A model generated the notes under the pieces. The model saw only the letters and a program-made list of their open reading frames with translations, searched no databases and was not told the origin of the DNA. 64,000 nucleotides of DNA from an uncultured Acidimicrobiia bacterium. GTDB taxonomy: Bacteria; Acidobacteriota; Vicinamibacteria; Vicinamibacterales; UBA2999. Position 1 is the stretch's first letter. Every line of letters starts with the position of its first letter. Of the stretch, positions 9,046 to 17,914 are shown one piece after another. The stretch spans positions 563,733 to 627,732 of the forward strand of contig CAWARO010000002.1 of NCBI GenBank assembly GCA_963784445.1. Direction: 5' to 3'. The translations under genes and the position numbers were made by a program.

Positions 9046-10086
9046 GTGCACCCGGAACTCCAGGAGGCCGTCGACTTTCACGTCGCGGTCCTCGCGGAAG
9101 GCAGCAAGGCCCTGGTCGGCTACGACACGGCGAAGGCCGTGGCCAACGTGGTGCTGCTTTCGGAGATTCCGACCACCTACGACAAGCGATCCGAGCGCCA
9201 GGTCAACGCCGGCAACCTGCTGTTGCGCGGCGTGCCTGGCGTCGGCAAGACGTTCTTCGGTGTCATCCTCTCGGCGATCAGCAACGCGAAATTCGCGCGC
9301 ATCCAGGGCCGCGCCGATCTGCAGCCGACCGAGGTGGTCGGCTTCCAGATGATCAATCCGCAAACCGGCCAGTTGGTGACCGAATTCGGGCCGCTGGCCT
9401 CGGCCGAAGTCATCCTGCTCGACGAGATCAACCGCATCCCGCTCAAGTCGCAAAGCGCGTTCCTCGAGGCGCTGCAGGACCGCACCATCACGGTCGGTAA
9501 GTCGACCTACGACCTGCCGATCTTCAGCTTTGCGATCGCGACCATGAACCCGGTGGAGTTGGGGCAGGGCACGTTCCCGTTATCGGAGGCGGCGACCGAT
9601 CGCTTCGCGGCGATGGTGAACATCGGCTACCTGCCGCCGGAAGAAGAAGAGAAGCTGGTGAACTTCGATTTCAAGCAGGTGCGCCTCAACCCGCTGCTGT
9701 CGAAGGAGCGCATCATCCAGTTGCGCGCGGTGATCAGCGAGAAGGTGTTTCTGCACGATCGGCTGGGGCGCTACATTCAACGTCTCGTGGCCGCGACGCG
9801 GCCGCATAACCCCGATACCGACTCGCGCGTGCACTCGCCATCGGATCTGGTCGAGCGCGGCGTGGACCTGGGCGCGTCGCCGCGCGCCATCATCTGCTGG
9901 AGCCGGTTGGCCAAGGTGTGGGCGTTGTTGCAGCGGCGCCGCTCCGAGGTCTATCCGGAAGACATCCAGGATCTCGCGCCCTTCGTGCTGGCCCATCGCA
10001 TCTGGCTGGGACCGCACGCCGCCGCGCATGGGCTCACCGCCGAAGAAGTGATTCGCGATGTGATCGATCAGGTGCCGGTCCCATGA
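9046..10086 (+). CDS. MoxR-like AAA+ ATPase
   Basis: The GTG start directly abuts the dipeptidase TAG. Motifs include Walker A GVPGVGKT, Walker B VILLDEINR, IQGRADLQPTEVVGF and ATMNPVE, which are typical of the MoxR/AAA_3 family. Confidence 0.9.
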   Translation: MHPELQEAVDFHVAVLAEGSKALVGYDTAKAVANVVLLSEIPTTYDKRSERQVNAGNLLLRGVPGVGKTFFGVILSAISNAKFARIQGRADLQPTEVVGFQMINPQTGQLVTEFGPLASAEVILLDEINRIPLKSQSAFLEALQDRTITVGKSTYDLPIFSFAIATMNPVELGQGTFPLSEAATDRFAAMVNIGYLPPEEEEKLVNFDFKQVRLNPLLSKERIIQLRAVISEKVFLHDRLGRYIQRLVAATRPHNPDTDSRVHSPSDLVERGVDLGASPRAIICWSRLAKVWALLQRRRSEVYPEDIQDLAPFVLAHRIWLGPHAAAHGLTAEEVIRDVIDQVPVP

Positions 10087-11305
10087 GGAGCACACTTGCC
10101 GGGATCCGGGAACCGGGAACCGGGATCGTGGTGCTCGCGATTCTGATAACCCTCGCTCATGAGGTGATTGCCCAGGATCCAAAACGGATCCCGGATCCCG
10201 GATCCCGGATCCCGAACGTCCAGGCCGTCGACCCGCTGCGCTGCTGGCGTCAATCGAGCGCGGGTGCGGTGACGATCGGCGAAGCGTTCACCGTCACGGT
10301 GACGTGCGCGGTGTTCGAGTCGGCGGACGCGCAGGTCGTGCCGGATGAATCCCGGCTCAACGTCGCCTCGATCCAGATGGCGCCATTCGAAATTCTCGGC
10401 GGCGCGCACCCGCCTGACGTGCGTCGGGGATCGCGACGCTTCTTCCAGTACCGACTATCAGCTCCGCATCATCAGCCGCGACGCCATCGGTCACGACGTC
10501 AACGTGCCGCCGTTGACGATCTCCTATCGCGTCCACAGCCGCGTCGGCGCGGCCGCGAAGCTTGAAGGCCGCGATTTGTCCTACGTGTTGCCGGCAATGC
10601 CCATCCGGGTCCTGTCGCTCGTGCCGGCGGATGCCACGGACATTCGCGATGCTTCGGAGGCCAGCCTCGCCACCGTGGACGCGTGGCGTTCCAGATCGCG
10701 CCGGTTCGAGCTGCTGGCGCTCGCGCTTGCCGCCACCGCGGCGGTGATGCTCGTGCTTGCGGTCGTGCCGCTGGCGCGGCGCGCGCGCGCGACGACGAGC
10801 GCCGGTCCCGAGCTGATTCCCGATCGCGCGGTCCTGACACGGGCAGCCGACGCACTGTCGGACATCCAGATGCGCGCCACGCGCGATGGCTGGACCGACG
10901 ACATCGTCTCGGAGGCGCTGGCGGCCATTCGCCTCGTGGCCGCGGCGACGATCGGCCGGAGCGTGAGTCAGCGGCCGCTTGGCAAAGACGGCGTGGTGCC
11001 CGACGGACGGTTGCTCGTGCGCTTTGGCCGGCTGCGATCGGTGTCGAGTAACCGTTTCGAGCCCGGTCACCGCCGACGAGGTCGGCCGATCGGCGATTCG
11101 CGACGCCACGTCCATGACGGTGACGCGCGGTCATCACCTCGAGGGCCTGCAGTCGGGGCTCGCGGATTTCACCGCCGCCTTGTATCGCCAGTCGCCGTCG
11201 CGTGAGGCCGTGGTGCTGAATGAGGCGGTGCGTCACGCGATCAGCGTGGCGAGGGACGTGGCCGCCGAGCGCAACTGGTGGAGTACACGATGGGCGCGGC
11301 GCTAG
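10083..11305 (+). CDS. BatD-like membrane protein, reading frame broken twice
   Basis: ATG 10083 overlaps the MoxR stop (ATGA). Three consecutive frames each carry high-GC3, protein-like sequence: ...TIGEAFTVTVTCAVFESADAQVVPDESRLNVASIQMAPFEILGG; then DYQLRIISRDAIGHDVNVPPLTISYRV...LLALALAATAAVMLVLAVVPLARR; then VTADEVGRSAIRDATS...AVRHAISVARDVAAERNWW. The breaks lie near 10410-10455 and 11040-11055. The BatD assignment rests on architecture (Ig-like half plus central TM) and operon position only. Confidence 0.55.
10099..10214. repeat. Large inverted repeat of GGGATCC-type heptamers (4 + 4 units, 57-nt spacer)
   Basis: The left arm is ccgggatccgggaaccgggaaccgggatc (10099-10127). The right arm is cggatcccggatcccggatcccggatcccg (10185-10214). 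The arms are reverse-complementary. Confidence 0.8.
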
Positions 11306-12387
11306 GGGCGATTGCGGCGAGCGTCGCGGCCGAATGGCGGGCCCTCGATGTGGCCGGCCTGCAGTTCTGGCAGCGCGATACCGCGCAACTGGTGTTGATT
11401 GCGCTCGTCTCGCTGGCCGCGCTGCTGTTGCTGATTCGCGCCGCCGTGACCCGCACGCCCGGCCGGCGCGAGGTCACTCTCCCGGCGATCCTTCGCGGCG
11501 GGTCACCAGCTCGATTCTCGTGGGTACGTCACGCGCCGGTGGCGCTGTTTGTGGCCGGGTTGCCGTTCGCGGTGCTCGCGGTGGCCGATCCGTACACGTC
11601 GCTCGTCGCGGAGAACGTCACGTATCCCGGCCGCCGCATCGCGCTGATGATCGACGCGTCCGACAGCATGCAGACGTCGTTCAGGGCCGCCACGCTCAAC
11701 ACCCGCAACGAGGTGCAGCCAGCGTTTTTCACCACGGTGGCCGCCGCGCAGCGCTTCGTCGAGCTGCGGCGGGCCGGCAAGTATCGCGACCTGATGGCGC
11801 TCGTCGAATTTGGCAGCCGCGCGTACGTCATCACGCCGTTCACCAGCGACTACGACAACTTGTTGCTGAGCATGGCGCTGATCGGCGATCCGGTTGAATT
11901 CTCGCTGTTTCCCGACTCCGGCACCGTGATTGCCAGCGCCCTCGAAGAAAGCATCGAGATCTTCAAGGCCTTCGAATTCCTGGAAGCCTCCGGGAACCTG
12001 ATGGTGATCTTCACGGACGGCGAAGACACGACGCGGATTGTCCACGGCCGCAGCCTCGACGACATTCTCAAGAGCGCCGTCGACAACCAGATCCCGCTGT
12101 TCTTCGTCCGCACGAATTACGAGAAGGATTTCGGTGAAGGCATTCCAGATGCGCAGTGGCGTGCCGCAGTCGAGAAGACCGGCGGACGCTACTACGTGGC
12201 GAAAAACGAAGCCAGCTTGATCGCCGCCATCAACGACATCGATCGGGAAGCGGTGGGCTCGATTTCGGCGCGGCAATACTCCAGCCAACAACCCCGATTC
12301 ACTCTGTTCGCGTTCGCGGCGTTCATGCTCTGGACCACTGCCGCCAGCATGAAGGTGCTGACGCCGTGGTTCTCAAAAATTCCATAA
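11278..12387 (+). CDS. VWA-domain membrane protein (BatA-like)
   Basis: N-terminal TM helices are followed by a MIDAS motif in RRIALMIDASDSMQ, then LMALVEFGSRAY and MVIFTDGEDT, and a C-terminal TM. Start candidates are GTG 11278 and ATG 11290. Confidence 0.85.
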   Translation: MEYTMGAALGAIAASVAAEWRALDVAGLQFWQRDTAQLVLIALVSLAALLLLIRAAVTRTPGRREVTLPAILRGGSPARFSWVRHAPVALFVAGLPFAVLAVADPYTSLVAENVTYPGRRIALMIDASDSMQTSFRAATLNTRNEVQPAFFTTVAAAQRFVELRRAGKYRDLMALVEFGSRAYVITPFTSDYDNLLLSMALIGDPVEFSLFPDSGTVIASALEESIEIFKAFEFLEASGNLMVIFTDGEDTTRIVHGRSLDDILKSAVDNQIPLFFVRTNYEKDFGEGIPDAQWRAAVEKTGGRYYVAKNEASLIAAINDIDREAVGSISARQYSSQQPRFTLFAFAAFMLWTTAASMKVLTPWFSKIP

Positions 12388-12408
12388 TTAAGAATTAGAA
12401 ATTAAAAC

Positions 12409-13050
12409 ATGCGCACCACACTCATTCGACTCGTGATCGCGATCGCACTGGCGATTGGCGCCTGGTTCAGTTGGTCCGAAGCACAGCTGGCCGCGCGCAT
12501 GGGCGACGCCGCCCAGCAAATCGCCACGCTGCGGCATTCCGAGGTCGATCGCGACCTCGATGCGGGCACGACCGCGACCGTGAGCTATTGGCTCGGACAG
12601 TACGGCGGCATCACCGCCGACACGAACAACGCCGAAACCGACGCCCACGTGCTTAGGACCGTCGCCAATGCGGCCTATCGAGAGAGCGAGCGCGATCCCC
12701 TCGCGGGCTCGGCCGCCGTTCAGCGGCTCGACGGCGTGTTGCAGGCGTACGCATCGGCGCTCAAGGCATCGCCGCGTGACGTGGAAGCGGCCTACAACTA
12801 TGAATACGTCGCGCGGCTTCGCGATCAGGTCGCGCGCGCTCCGCAAGGTAAGCCCGTGAAGCCGGCCCCGGCCCCGGCGGCCCTCATGGTCGGCGATCTG
12901 CCCATGGGGCCGACCATTCATGGGCGGCCAGGCGCGCCGCCGCCCGAAGCCAAGATGGAAGACCTGCAGATGCTGGCCCCGATGGAATACGGCGATCGCG
13001 AGGCCCAGCCTGAAGCCACGCCCGGCGGCAAGCGCGAGCGCAAGGGGTGA
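12409..13050 (+). CDS. Hypothetical membrane-anchored protein (occupies the BatC position; possible TPR-like helices)
   Basis: The N-terminal TM is LIRLVIAIALAIGAWFSW. It is followed by a helical region and a Pro-rich tail. The stop overlaps the next VWA gene's start (13047-13050). There is no recognisable catalytic motif. Confidence 0.55.
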   Translation: MRTTLIRLVIAIALAIGAWFSWSEAQLAARMGDAAQQIATLRHSEVDRDLDAGTTATVSYWLGQYGGITADTNNAETDAHVLRTVANAAYRESERDPLAGSAAVQRLDGVLQAYASALKASPRDVEAAYNYEYVARLRDQVARAPQGKPVKPAPAPAALMVGDLPMGPTIHGRPGAPPPEAKMEDLQMLAPMEYGDREAQPEATPGGKRERKG

Positions 13051-14129
13051 ACAGCATTGCTTTCGGGGCGCCCCCGTTTCTGTGGCTCCTCGCGGCGCCC
13101 GCGGTGCTGCTGCTCGCATGGCTGTGGCGATTCTGGCGGCGCCTGTCGGATCTGCGGCGCCTTCGTACTCAGCGATCGCTGCCGATCCGTGAGCGCTTTG
13201 CGCTCGGCGGCGAGCTGTGGTCCTGGCTGTTCTTCATCCTCGCGCTCGCGTCACTGGCTATCGCGCTCGCCCGTCCACGCGGCGTCACCACCGTCGTCAA
13301 TCGCGCCGGCGTCGACATCGTCATCCTGCAAGACGGCTCGGCATCGATGCACGTCAACGATGTGAGTGGGAATCGCTGGCAACGATCCATGACCTTCCTT
13401 CGCCTGGTGGGCGACTCGCTCAGCTGGAACGACGATCGCATGGCGCTGACCGTGTTCGCACATATCGCGACGCCGCAAATCCGACTCACCAGCGATCCCA
13501 ACACCGTGTTCTTCTTCCTCGATCATCTGCACGGGCGTCCGCCATTCAGGCTGGAAGACGACACCACGTGGGACACCAATCTCGAGCAGGGCATCGCGTG
13601 GGGATTGAGATTGCTCGAAAAAGATCGCGAGTTGCACGGTCCGTCGACGAACGGCAAGTTGTTTGTGATGCTATCTGACGGCGAGGCCTGGAGCGGCGAG
13701 GTGGCGCGATCGATCGAGCGCGCCGTGCGAGAGCAGGTGCCGCTGTTCGTGATTGGCGTCGGCACGCTTGGCGGCGGTGCTTTGCCGGAGACGCCGTACG
13801 CCGACGGCACCAAGGATCCGTCGCCCGGACAATCGCGGCTCGATCGCGCGTCGCTGCAGCGCATTGCGGCAGCGGGCGGTGGCCAATACTTCGAGCTCGA
13901 TCGCGATCCCGATCGCGACATCGCCAACGCGATCATCGACGCGGGCCGGCGGCAGGCGCCGGCGGCCATCGAGGAGGGGACCGTCGACGAGTTGTATTGG
14001 CGGTTCCTGGCGGCGGCCATGGCCCTGGCCGCGCTCGGCGCCTTGATGCTTCGCGAGCGTGTCGAGCTCTGGCTGCAATTGGCGTCGGCCACCGTCACCA
14101 CCGTGGTGTTGTGGCGCTGGTTCACCTGA
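13047..14129 (+). CDS. VWA-domain membrane protein (BatB-like)
   Basis: Two N-terminal TM helices precede the MIDAS motif VDIVILQDGSASMH. Further blocks are ALTVFAHIA, LFVMLSDGEAWSG and PLFVIGVGT, with a C-terminal TM. Confidence 0.85.
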   Translation: MNSIAFGAPPFLWLLAAPAVLLLAWLWRFWRRLSDLRRLRTQRSLPIRERFALGGELWSWLFFILALASLAIALARPRGVTTVVNRAGVDIVILQDGSASMHVNDVSGNRWQRSMTFLRLVGDSLSWNDDRMALTVFAHIATPQIRLTSDPNTVFFFLDHLHGRPPFRLEDDTTWDTNLEQGIAWGLRLLEKDRELHGPSTNGKLFVMLSDGEAWSGEVARSIERAVREQVPLFVIGVGTLGGGALPETPYADGTKDPSPGQSRLDRASLQRIAAAGGGQYFELDRDPDRDIANAIIDAGRRQAPAAIEEGTVDELYWRFLAAAMALAALGALMLRERVELWLQLASATVTTVVLWRWFT

Positions 14130-14148
14130 TCGTGCTACAAAGCCGCGC

Positions 14149-14634
14149 ATGGCCAAGAAGAAGTCCAGGAAATCCAAGCCGGCGAAGTCCACTCGCAAAG
14201 CCGCGAAACGGTCACCGACGAAGAGCGTCCGCCGGGCGGCCGCGCGCCGATCGGCGCCGGATGCGCTGCTCGCACCGATCAAGGGCGCGACCAGCCGCGA
14301 GGTTGGCGGTGTCCGGCTCGACGTGGCGCCGGCCGGACAGGCGCGCGTGAAGCGGATGATCTATCCGCCGGGCTTCCGCTGGTCGAAGGCGATGAGGCCG
14401 ATTGTCGGCACGGATCGCTGCATGCACGCCCACGCCGGTTTCCTGGCGCGCGGAGAGATTCACATCGAGTACGCCGACGGCTGCGTGGTGGAATACAAAG
14501 CGCCGCAGGTGGTGGCGATCGACCCCGGCCACGACGGCTGGGTGGTGGGCAAAGAGGCGGTGGTGTTGATCGAGTTCGATTTCGAAGGCGACACGATCAG
14601 CCGGCTGGGCATGCCGAGCGAGCACAAGCACTAG
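14149..14634 (+). CDS. Small cupin-like protein with a Lys/Arg-rich N-terminal tail
   Basis: ATG 14149 gives MAKKKSRKSKPAKSTRKAAKRSPTKSVRRAAARR, followed by a ~110-aa beta-rich domain (MIYPPGFRWS...CMHAHAGFLARGEIHIEYADG...IDPGHDGWVVG) resembling small cupins. The ORF-track start at 14059 overlaps the previous gene. Confidence 0.6.
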   Translation: MAKKKSRKSKPAKSTRKAAKRSPTKSVRRAAARRSAPDALLAPIKGATSREVGGVRLDVAPAGQARVKRMIYPPGFRWSKAMRPIVGTDRCMHAHAGFLARGEIHIEYADGCVVEYKAPQVVAIDPGHDGWVVGKEAVVLIEFDFEGDTISRLGMPSEHKH

Positions 14635-14645
14635 CAGCGTGGTTT

Positions 14646-15358
14646 GCTATGGCGCGGTGAGAAAGCGCACGATTTCGCGCATCAGCGGGCGCGCCTGGTC
14701 GGTCTGAAACACAAACTGCGCGTGGGCCGAACCCTCGAGCACCACCAGTTCCTTCGGGTCGGGCGCCTGCTCGTACTGCTTTGCGAATACCGTCGAGCCG
14801 CGGACGGTCGTTGCCGCCAAGATCATTTCTCGCCACGATGAACAGCTTGCGGCCGCGCATCTTTTCGGGCGTGTCGATCAACATGTGCGCCAGCAGCACG
14901 ACGCGATCGATCTCGCCGGGCTTCGCCTCGATCGAGGCCTCGGCCGCCGCGCCGCCGCCGAGGCTGCCGCCAACAATCGAGACGGTCTTCGCGCCAGAGC
15001 GGCTCAGGTGACGCACCGCTGCCAGGACGTCCTTCGCCAGGCACGTCGCTTCATAGAGGCACGGCGTCTCGCGGCCCTTGCGCGCCTCGACCGCAGCGCG
15101 AAAGTCGATGGCAATGACGCGAAAGCCCATTCCCGCCAGGACAAGCGCCTGCGGCTTCCAGCTCGTGCGATCCAAACGTCCGCCGTGCGCGAGCACGACG
15201 CCGCGGTCGCCTGAGCCGTACAGGTCCGCGTGAATGACGCCGCCGTCTTCGCCTCGAATCTCGATCGCCGACTGCGCGGCCGCGCCGGCCGACGCACCGC
15301 ACAGCAGACTGAGCGCCGCTAATACGTCACGCGCGATCGCCCTCGTCATGGCCGCCAC
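14646..15358 (-). CDS. Alpha/beta hydrolase (dienelactone-hydrolase-like), frame broken near 14821-14835
   Basis: A signal peptide is followed by VVLAHGG and the nucleophile elbow IVGGSLGG. After ...RKLFIVAR the protein continues in another frame as LAATTVRGSTVFAKQYEQAPDPKELVVLEGSAHAQFVFQTDQARPLMREIVRFLTAP*, with its stop at 14646-14648. That is a typical hydrolase C-terminus including the catalytic His. Confidence 0.7.
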
Positions 15359-16794
15359 GGCTGGCGGCCGATCAATTGGCCGGTGCCGGCGGCGCCGGTA
15401 ATCTTGCCGCTGTCGTAGACGATCTCACCGCGACGAATGGTCATCACCGGCCAGCCTGTGACTTTCCAGCCTTCATACACGCTGTAGTCCGACTTCGAGT
15501 GATCGGTTTCGGCCCGAACGACGTCGAAACGTTTGGGATCCCACACCGCGATGTCGGCATCGGCGCCGGGTTGAATCACGCCCTTGCGCGGGTAGAGGCC
15601 GAAGATCCGCGCCGCATTCGTTGAGGTGTGCGCGACGAATCTCGGTGGCGGCAGGCGGCGGCCGTGGACGCCTTCGGAAAAATACATCGGCAGCATGAAC
15701 TGCAGGTCGCTCACACCGGGACGCAGCCGCGTGATGGTCAGTGCCGGGTCGAGCTTCTGCGCGCGGGTCCATGGCGCGTGATCGGTGGCCAGCACATCGA
15801 TCGCGCCGTCCTGCATGCCCTGCCAGAGCGCCGATCGATCCGCCTCCTCGCGTAGCGGCGGCTGGCCGACATATAGCGGTGCGTCGGGGCCGCGCATCTT
15901 CTCGATCGTCAGGTGCAGATACATCGGCCGGGTCTCGACAAACAGCGGCAGCCGCGATGCGGCGCGCGCCGCGCGGCAGATGGCGAGCGCGCGCGCCGAC
16001 GAGAGATGCACGAGATAGATCGGGGCGCCCGTGCTCTCACAGAGCGACGCGGCCTGCTGCGTGGCCGCGGTTTCCGCGACCACTGGGCGGCTGGCGGCGT
16101 AGTCGCGGAGCGAAGTGCGGCCTTCGCTCTCCAACCGCCGCACGGCGGCGGCGAGCAGCGCGCCGTCTTCGCAGTGCATCAGAGTGACCACGCCGGCGGC
16201 GCGGGCGTGTTCGAGCTGCGTAATCAGTTCGGCGATTCGCGCGCCGGCGTCCTGGCGGGTCAGGAACACCTTGAAGCTGGGCTGGCCCATCGCGGCGAGC
16301 GTTTTCATCGCCGCCGCCGTGTCCGCGGAGGGCGGCCAGGCCGCGGCATGCAGGATCACGTCGGCGATCGCTTCCGAGCGCACGCGCGCGGCCATTCGCT
16401 CGATGGCAGCGGTCACCGTTTCTTTCGCGGTCGCGTTGGCGAATGTCCCGACGGTGGTGATGCCGCCGGCGAGCGCCGCCATCGATCCACTCGTCAAGTC
16501 GTCGGCGAACGAAGGATGCAAGTGCGTGTGAGGGTCGATGCCGCCGGGCAGCAGCAGGCGGCCCGCCGCCTCGATGATCCGCGTGTTGGCCGAGGGCCGC
16601 AGGTCGTTGCCGATTTCGGCAATCGTTTCGCCGACGATCCTGACGTCGGCATCGCGTTCGCCATCGGCGTTCACCACCCGCCCGCGGCGGATCAACAACT
16701 CGCGCGGTTGCGCCACGCCTGCGGACAACCGAGCGGTGGCTAGCGCAACCGAACCGGCTGCGAACGAGCGCAACGCATCACGGCGTGTGGGCAT
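15346..16794 (-). CDS. Cyclic amidohydrolase (dihydropyrimidinase/hydantoinase/dihydroorotase-like) with twin-arginine signal
   Basis: ATG 16794 gives MPTRRDALRSFAAGSVALATARLSAGVAQ, which is Tat-like. Amidohydrolase blocks are GGIDPHTHL, MHCEDG, YLVHLSS and VLATDHAPW. Confidence 0.85.
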   Translation of the reverse strand: MPTRRDALRSFAAGSVALATARLSAGVAQPRELLIRRGRVVNADGERDADVRIVGETIAEIGNDLRPSANTRIIEAAGRLLLPGGIDPHTHLHPSFADDLTSGSMAALAGGITTVGTFANATAKETVTAAIERMAARVRSEAIADVILHAAAWPPSADTAAAMKTLAAMGQPSFKVFLTRQDAGARIAELITQLEHARAAGVVTLMHCEDGALLAAAVRRLESEGRTSLRDYAASRPVVAETAATQQAASLCESTGAPIYLVHLSSARALAICRAARAASRLPLFVETRPMYLHLTIEKMRGPDAPLYVGQPPLREEADRSALWQGMQDGAIDVLATDHAPWTRAQKLDPALTITRLRPGVSDLQFMLPMYFSEGVHGRRLPPPRFVAHTSTNAARIFGLYPRKGVIQPGADADIAVWDPKRFDVVRAETDHSKSDYSVYEGWKVTGWPVMTIRRGEIVYDSGKITGAAGTGQLIGRQPWRP

Positions 16795-17206
16795 GTCGAG
16801 TCCTCGCGTGAGTGGCCTTGAGGAGGGCAGTCGCGGCGATGAGCAACAGGGGCGCAGATGTGGCGCCGGGCAACCATCGCCGGTAATACACCGACCCCAC
16901 CAGATGCGCGATGCCGTTACCGAGCATGATGACCGCAAGCACCCAGCTCAGGACGCCCGTGCCTGTGGCCCCGCGTCGCACTGCCGGCGTCAGCAGTGCC
17001 AGGACGACAACCGCAGCGATCAGTCCAGCGAGCCACACGCCAAACGTGAGCGTCGGCATTGGCCAGAAGCCGAGGCGTTCGCGGAGTTGAAGGACCAGGG
17101 GGTTGTAGAAATCGAGGAAGCCGGTCAGGGCTTCGTCCAGGACGTGGACGCCCAGCGCGGCAACCAGATACAGCCATGCCCGCGCATGCCGCTCGGGGTC
17201 TGACAC
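16778..17206 (-). CDS. Small polytopic membrane protein (HXXEE-like, HVLDE)
   Basis: 142 aa with four hydrophobic helices and an HVLDEA motif. Its 3' end overlaps the amidohydrolase start by 17 nt, which suggests one operon. Confidence 0.5.
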   Translation of the reverse strand: MSDPERHARAWLYLVAALGVHVLDEALTGFLDFYNPLVLQLRERLGFWPMPTLTFGVWLAGLIAAVVVLALLTPAVRRGATGTGVLSWVLAVIMLGNGIAHLVGSVYYRRWLPGATSAPLLLIAATALLKATHARTRHAHTP

Positions 17207-17237
17207 AGTCCGCGCATCCTAACATGCCTCAGCCGCT

Positions 17238-17864
17238 TCACTGTGACAGCAGCAGGGTCTTGCCGATCGCCGCGGGATCCGCCGCCGTCGCCAACAAAAA
17301 ATGCGCCGTGTCCGCGCGCGAGATTTGCGCCATTCCTCGTAATGCGAGCCGCTCGCCCGACCGATAGCGCCGCGTCAACGGCCCGTCGGTCATCTGGGAC
17401 GGCTGCACGATGGTCCAGTCGAGGCCGCTCTGCCTGATCAATTGATCGCCGATCAACTTGTCAGCGTAAATGCCGCGCAGCAGCGTGAGAAAAAAGAGCT
17501 TCGCCATGATCGGCGAGTCCGCGAACGACGGGCCAACGCCGAGCGCGGACGTAAACAACAGCCGTCGAACGCCGGCCGCCTTCATCGCGCCGATGATGCC
17601 CGGCACGGTGCGTTCGATCAGGTGTTCAGACTTGAACGAGTAGCCGCGCCCAATCGCGCTGATGACCGCGTCTTGGCCGCGCATTGCCTCGGCGAGGGCG
17701 GCGCCGTTTTGAAGATCGCCCACGATCACACGCAGTCGTGGATGATCGGGGCCGCACTTGGCGCGGTCGCGCGCGAGGACGGTCACCTCGTGCCCCGTCT
17801 CCAATGCCTGAACGACGATCTGTTTTCCAGTGCCGCCCGTGCCGCCGAGGATGAACAATTTCAT
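17238..17864 (-). CDS. NAD(P)H-binding atypical SDR / flavin-reductase-like oxidoreductase
   Basis: ATG 17864 gives MKLFILGGTGGTGKQIVVQALETGHEVTVLARD, a Rossmann GxxGxxG motif. Length is ~208 aa. Confidence 0.8.
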   Translation of the reverse strand: MKLFILGGTGGTGKQIVVQALETGHEVTVLARDRAKCGPDHPRLRVIVGDLQNGAALAEAMRGQDAVISAIGRGYSFKSEHLIERTVPGIIGAMKAAGVRRLLFTSALGVGPSFADSPIMAKLFFLTLLRGIYADKLIGDQLIRQSGLDWTIVQPSQMTDGPLTRRYRSGERLALRGMAQISRADTAHFLLATAADPAAIGKTLLLSQ

Positions 17865-17914
17865 GGAAGGACGCATCCTAGCATTGGCGGAGTTCTGTGG
17901 CATCATTCCGGCTC

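Noticed and set aside
7687-9453. 588-aa minus-strand ORF spanning the dipeptidase and MoxR genes
   Set aside because: It is antisense to two genes with clear family motifs. The sequence is Arg/Ala/Gly/His-rich and low-complexity, which is typical of spurious long ORFs in high-GC DNA.
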